Shown: positions 60,075-61,852 of the stretch, piece after piece
Numbering within the stretch: position 1 is the stretch's first letter
Layout of the letters: every line of letters begins with the position of its first letter
Assembly (NCBI RefSeq): GCF_004010195.1
Contig: NC_057719.1
Coordinates: 52,381,529 to 52,443,380 of the forward strand
DNA: 61,852 bases
Source: Chiloscyllium plagiosum
Taxonomy: Eukaryota
Direction of reading: 5' to 3'
The notes under the pieces: model-generated
Told to the model about the DNA's origin: nothing
Seen by the model: only the letters and a program-made list of their open reading frames with translations
Database searches by the model: none
Position numbers and translations under genes: made by a program

Positions 60075-60690
60075 TTAATGGGCAAAAGGTATAGGAACTA
60101 GGTGATCTCTGACTGATCTGACAGTGGCTAGTGTTTGGGTCATCTCATGAAGTATGTCTGCAACCAGCTGCTTGTGACATTCATCTATCACATCAGTTTA
60201 ATCTGCTAGTCCTTCTGCAGGGTTGACTGTCTGTTCTTCTTTGACAGCAAACTTGGGCAGTGCACAAAATGCAACCACAATCTTGGACAGTGCTGCAGAT
60301 GAGTACTGTAAAGTACTGTCCAACTTGTCCAGGCACTGAAAGTGTGAATTAAGTACACCAATTATCCTGTCCACTTCTTGGCATGTTGCTGCATGTGTGA
60401 TGTTGTGTCAGTCCGACGCCTCAGCGAAGTCCTGCTAAATGGTGTCATAAGTCACGTATTCATGTACTTCTGTAAATCCTTGTGTAGAAATCATGGCTTG
60501 TTGCTACCTTGAGTTCACTGAGCCAAATGAATCATGCTATTATCTGGATTCGTGTTTAGATTCTTCATGTCTGTGTCACACGTATCCATGATTCAATTAA
60601 TGGGATGATATTGGTGTCTTCAATAGAATAGGTATCCCTTCAATAGCCCCAAATAATATTCAGAATATCTTAAAATATTCCAGAATCCAT
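60075..60690 (-). pseudogene. PIF/Harbinger (HARBI1-like) DDE transposase remnant
   Basis: The minus strand reads GAIEGIPILLKTP (about 60650; GAIDGTH motif), CD, HDSF (60525-60536), *LMTPF, then HNITHAATCQEVDRIIGVLNSHFQCLDKLDSTLQYSSAALSKIVVAFCALP and ...VRDHLVPIPFAH* (stop 60075-60077). Confidence 0.85.
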
Positions 60691-60734
60691 GACATTCACA
60701 CTATTTGTGCACTTTCACTAATGTTTCAGACCAT

Positions 60735-61852
60735 TTAGAACATAGAACAGAACATAGAGCATAGAACAGTACAGAACAGACAGGCCCTTCAGCCCACGAT
60801 GTTGTGCCGACCACTGATCCTCATGTATGCACCCTCAAATTTCTGTGACCATATGCATGTCCAGTAGTCTCTTAAATGTCTCCAATGACCTTGCTTTCAC
60901 AACTGCTGCTGGCAACGCATTCCATGCTCTCACAACTCACTGTGTAAAGAACCTGCCTCTGACATCCCCTCTATACTTTCCTCCAACCAGCTTAAATCTA
61001 TGACCCCTCGTGTTAGTCATTTCTGCCCTGGGAAATAGTCTCTGGCTATCGACTCTATCTATGCCTCTCATTATCTTGTATACCTCAATTAGGTCCCCCC
61101 TCCTCCTCCTTTTCTCCAATGAAAAAAGTCCGAGCACAGTCAACGTCTCATCATAAGATAAGCCCTCCAGTCCAGGCAGCATCCTGGTGAACCTCCTCTG
61201 AACCCTCTCCAAAGCATCCACATCTTTCCTATAATAGGGCAACCAGAACTGGACGGAGTATTTCAAGTGCGGTCTAACCAAAGTTTTATAGAGCTGCAAC
61301 AAGATCTCACGTCTCTTAAACTCAATCCCCCTGTTAATGAAAGCCAAAACACCTGATGCTTTCTTAACAACCCTGTCCACTTGGGTGGCCATTTTAAGAG
61401 ATCTATGTACCTGCACACCAAGATCCCTCTGTTCCTCCACACTGCCAAGAATCCTATCCTTAATCCTGTACTCAGCTTTCAAATTCGACCTTCCAAAATG
61501 CATCACCTCACATTTATCCAGGTTGAAATCCATCTGCCACCTCTCAGCCCATCTCTGCATCCTGACAATGTCTCGCTGCAGCCTACAACAGCCCTCTATA
61601 CTGTCAACGACTCCTCCAACCTTTGTGTTGTCTGCAAACTTGCTGACCATCCTTCAATCCCCTCATCCAAGTCATTAATAAAAATTACAAACAGTAGAGA
61701 CCCAAGGACAGAGCCCTGTGAAACACCACTCACCACAGACTTCCAGGTGGAATATTTTCCTTCTACTACCACTCGCCAGCCAATTCTGTATCCAGACAGC
61801 TAAGTTCCCCAGTATCCCATTCCTCCTGACCTTCTGAATGAGCCTACCATGG
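60735..61852 (-). mobile_element. CR1/HER1 LINE 3' part (RT C-terminus), running off the window
   Basis: ORF 60937-61650 SKFADNTK...LYKTLVRPHLKYSVQFW...[22 protein letters not shown]; (CTATGTT/TCTGT)n tail. Confidence 0.95.

Noticed and set aside
60937..61650. 237-aa ORF as a functional reverse transcriptase
   Set aside because: It is a CR1 fragment with the catalytic FADD changed to FADN and a premature stop.

Overview
Eukaryotic, AT-rich, non-genic (intronic or intergenic) DNA that is very likely from a shark. This is inferred from the HE1-type V-SINE and HER1/CR1 LINE pair, which is established for elasmobranchs; the species cannot be determined. I found no host protein-coding exon that I can support. 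A large part of the window is nested, decayed transposable elements: many CR1/HER1 LINE pieces (one nearly full-length with its ORF1 esterase), a second CR1-group LINE family, an L2 remnant, several tRNA-derived SINEs, a solo LTR, a Gmr1-like Gypsy element (integrase upstream of RT), a PIF/Harbinger transposase and many Penelope-like element (PLE) fragments. The most striking signal is that at least four sequence families of PLE-type repeats carry minimal hammerhead-ribozyme motifs. One copy has an intact core (59315-59349), and others form short head-to-head palindromic units. There is also an unusually long 53-bp perfect duplication flanking a SINE tail. All family names come from motif recognition by eye, not from database searches, and boundaries are approximate unless a TSD is quoted.
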